The position numbers and the translations under genes were made by a program. DNA of 63,376 bases, filler included, from Octopus bimaculoides (Eukaryota), in assembly GCF_001194135.2 (NCBI RefSeq). It is 11 parts of 10 records of this genome, joined end to end, with 100 filler letters (N's around TTAATTAATTAA, not from the genome) between each part and the next. Parts side by side here need not be neighbours in the genome. Positions count along the whole stretch, not along the records: positions 56,174 to 63,376 come from NC_069003.1; 10 more parts are not named here. One strand, given 5' to 3'. Under the pieces are notes generated by a model that saw only the letters and a list, made by a program, of their open reading frames with translations, was not told the DNA's origin and ran no database searches. Positions 62,640 through 63,376 of this stretch are shown piece after piece (positions within the stretch are counted from its first letter, which is position 1; every line of letters starts with the position of its first letter).

Positions 62640-63376
62640 TTACCTGTCATCAACACCCCCCACTCACATATTCTTCTCCCCTCCCCCCTCTCTCTCTACT
62701 CTTTATCTCCCTCTCCTTATTCTACTCTACATCGGGCTCCTCTCCCCCCATTCTCACTCTTTGCCTCTCTCTCTCGCTTTCTGTCTGTCTTTCCCTCTTT
62801 CTCACCTCTCCCTCTCTCTCTCTCTCTTTCTCTCTCACTCTCTGTTGTTCAAACTCTCTCTTTTAGTCACTCTCTATCACACTAATTCCCATCTCTCTTC
62901 CTTTCTCTCTCTCCGCCTCCCTCTCCAGCTTTGTGTCTCTTTGTTTCTCTTTTTGACTTCTCTCCCACTCTCTCTTTATCTCAGGTTCTCAGACGTTCTT
63001 CCTCTGTCTTACTCTCCCTCTCTCCCTCTCTCTGTGCCTATCTCTACCTCTGTCTTTCTGTCTCTCTGTCTCCGTCTCTCTCTCTGTCTCTCTCTCTCTC
63101 CGTCTCCCTGTCATTCTGCCTGTCTCTACCTCTGTCTATCTGTCCCTTTGTCTCTCTCTCACTCTCCCTCAGTCTATCCCTCTCTCTTTCTCTTTCTCTT
63201 CACATCTTACCCTCTACCCCCTGCCTTGTCACTCCTCCACCTTCTTTCATTCATCACCCTCTTCCCTCCACCTGCACCTCCACCCAATAATTTCTTCCTA
63301 TTTCTCTCTCTCTCTCTTTTTCCCTCTTTCCCTCTCCCTCTCCCTCACTGGCACCACCACACACCCCGCCTCCTTC
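62640..63376. repeat. Extended CT-rich low-complexity tract
   Basis: C/T-dominated with degenerate (CT)n/(CTGT)n. Confidence 0.85.

Noticed and set aside
3703-62656. Numerous long ORFs in the ORF track (poly-X, HTHT, VCVC, RERE, poly-L/V/H/Y)
   Set aside because: They read through N-gaps or microsatellites and carry no protein signal.

Overview
AT-rich, microsatellite- and SINE-dense animal genomic scaffold. The SINE repertoire and assembly style point to a coleoid cephalopod, most likely Octopus (inference). About a fifth is N-gap. Ten gaps are 100-bp placeholders (44 N + TTAATTAATTAA + 44 N), so linkage across them is uncertain. The one clearly intact gene is an intronless 493-aa secreted protein at 52581-54062 (+) with a signal peptide, six sushi/CCP modules and a divergent 8-Cys C-terminal module with SRCR-like N-terminal motifs. 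It has a compact CCAAT/TATA promoter. About 1 kb downstream lies a diverged, pseudogenised 3' fragment of a paralog, truncated exactly at a long foldback element. Both copies keep the same 3'-UTR hairpin. The rest is mostly TE relics (R4/Dong-type, HERO-type and RTE LINEs, a Penelope-like element, two mariners, a Chapaev-like transposase, hAT and Tigger MITEs), several tRNA-SINE families and several long palindromes, one with a hammerhead-ribozyme-like core. A ~12-kb CpG-depleted domain (about 24-36 kb) hints at an unrecognised methylated host gene body.
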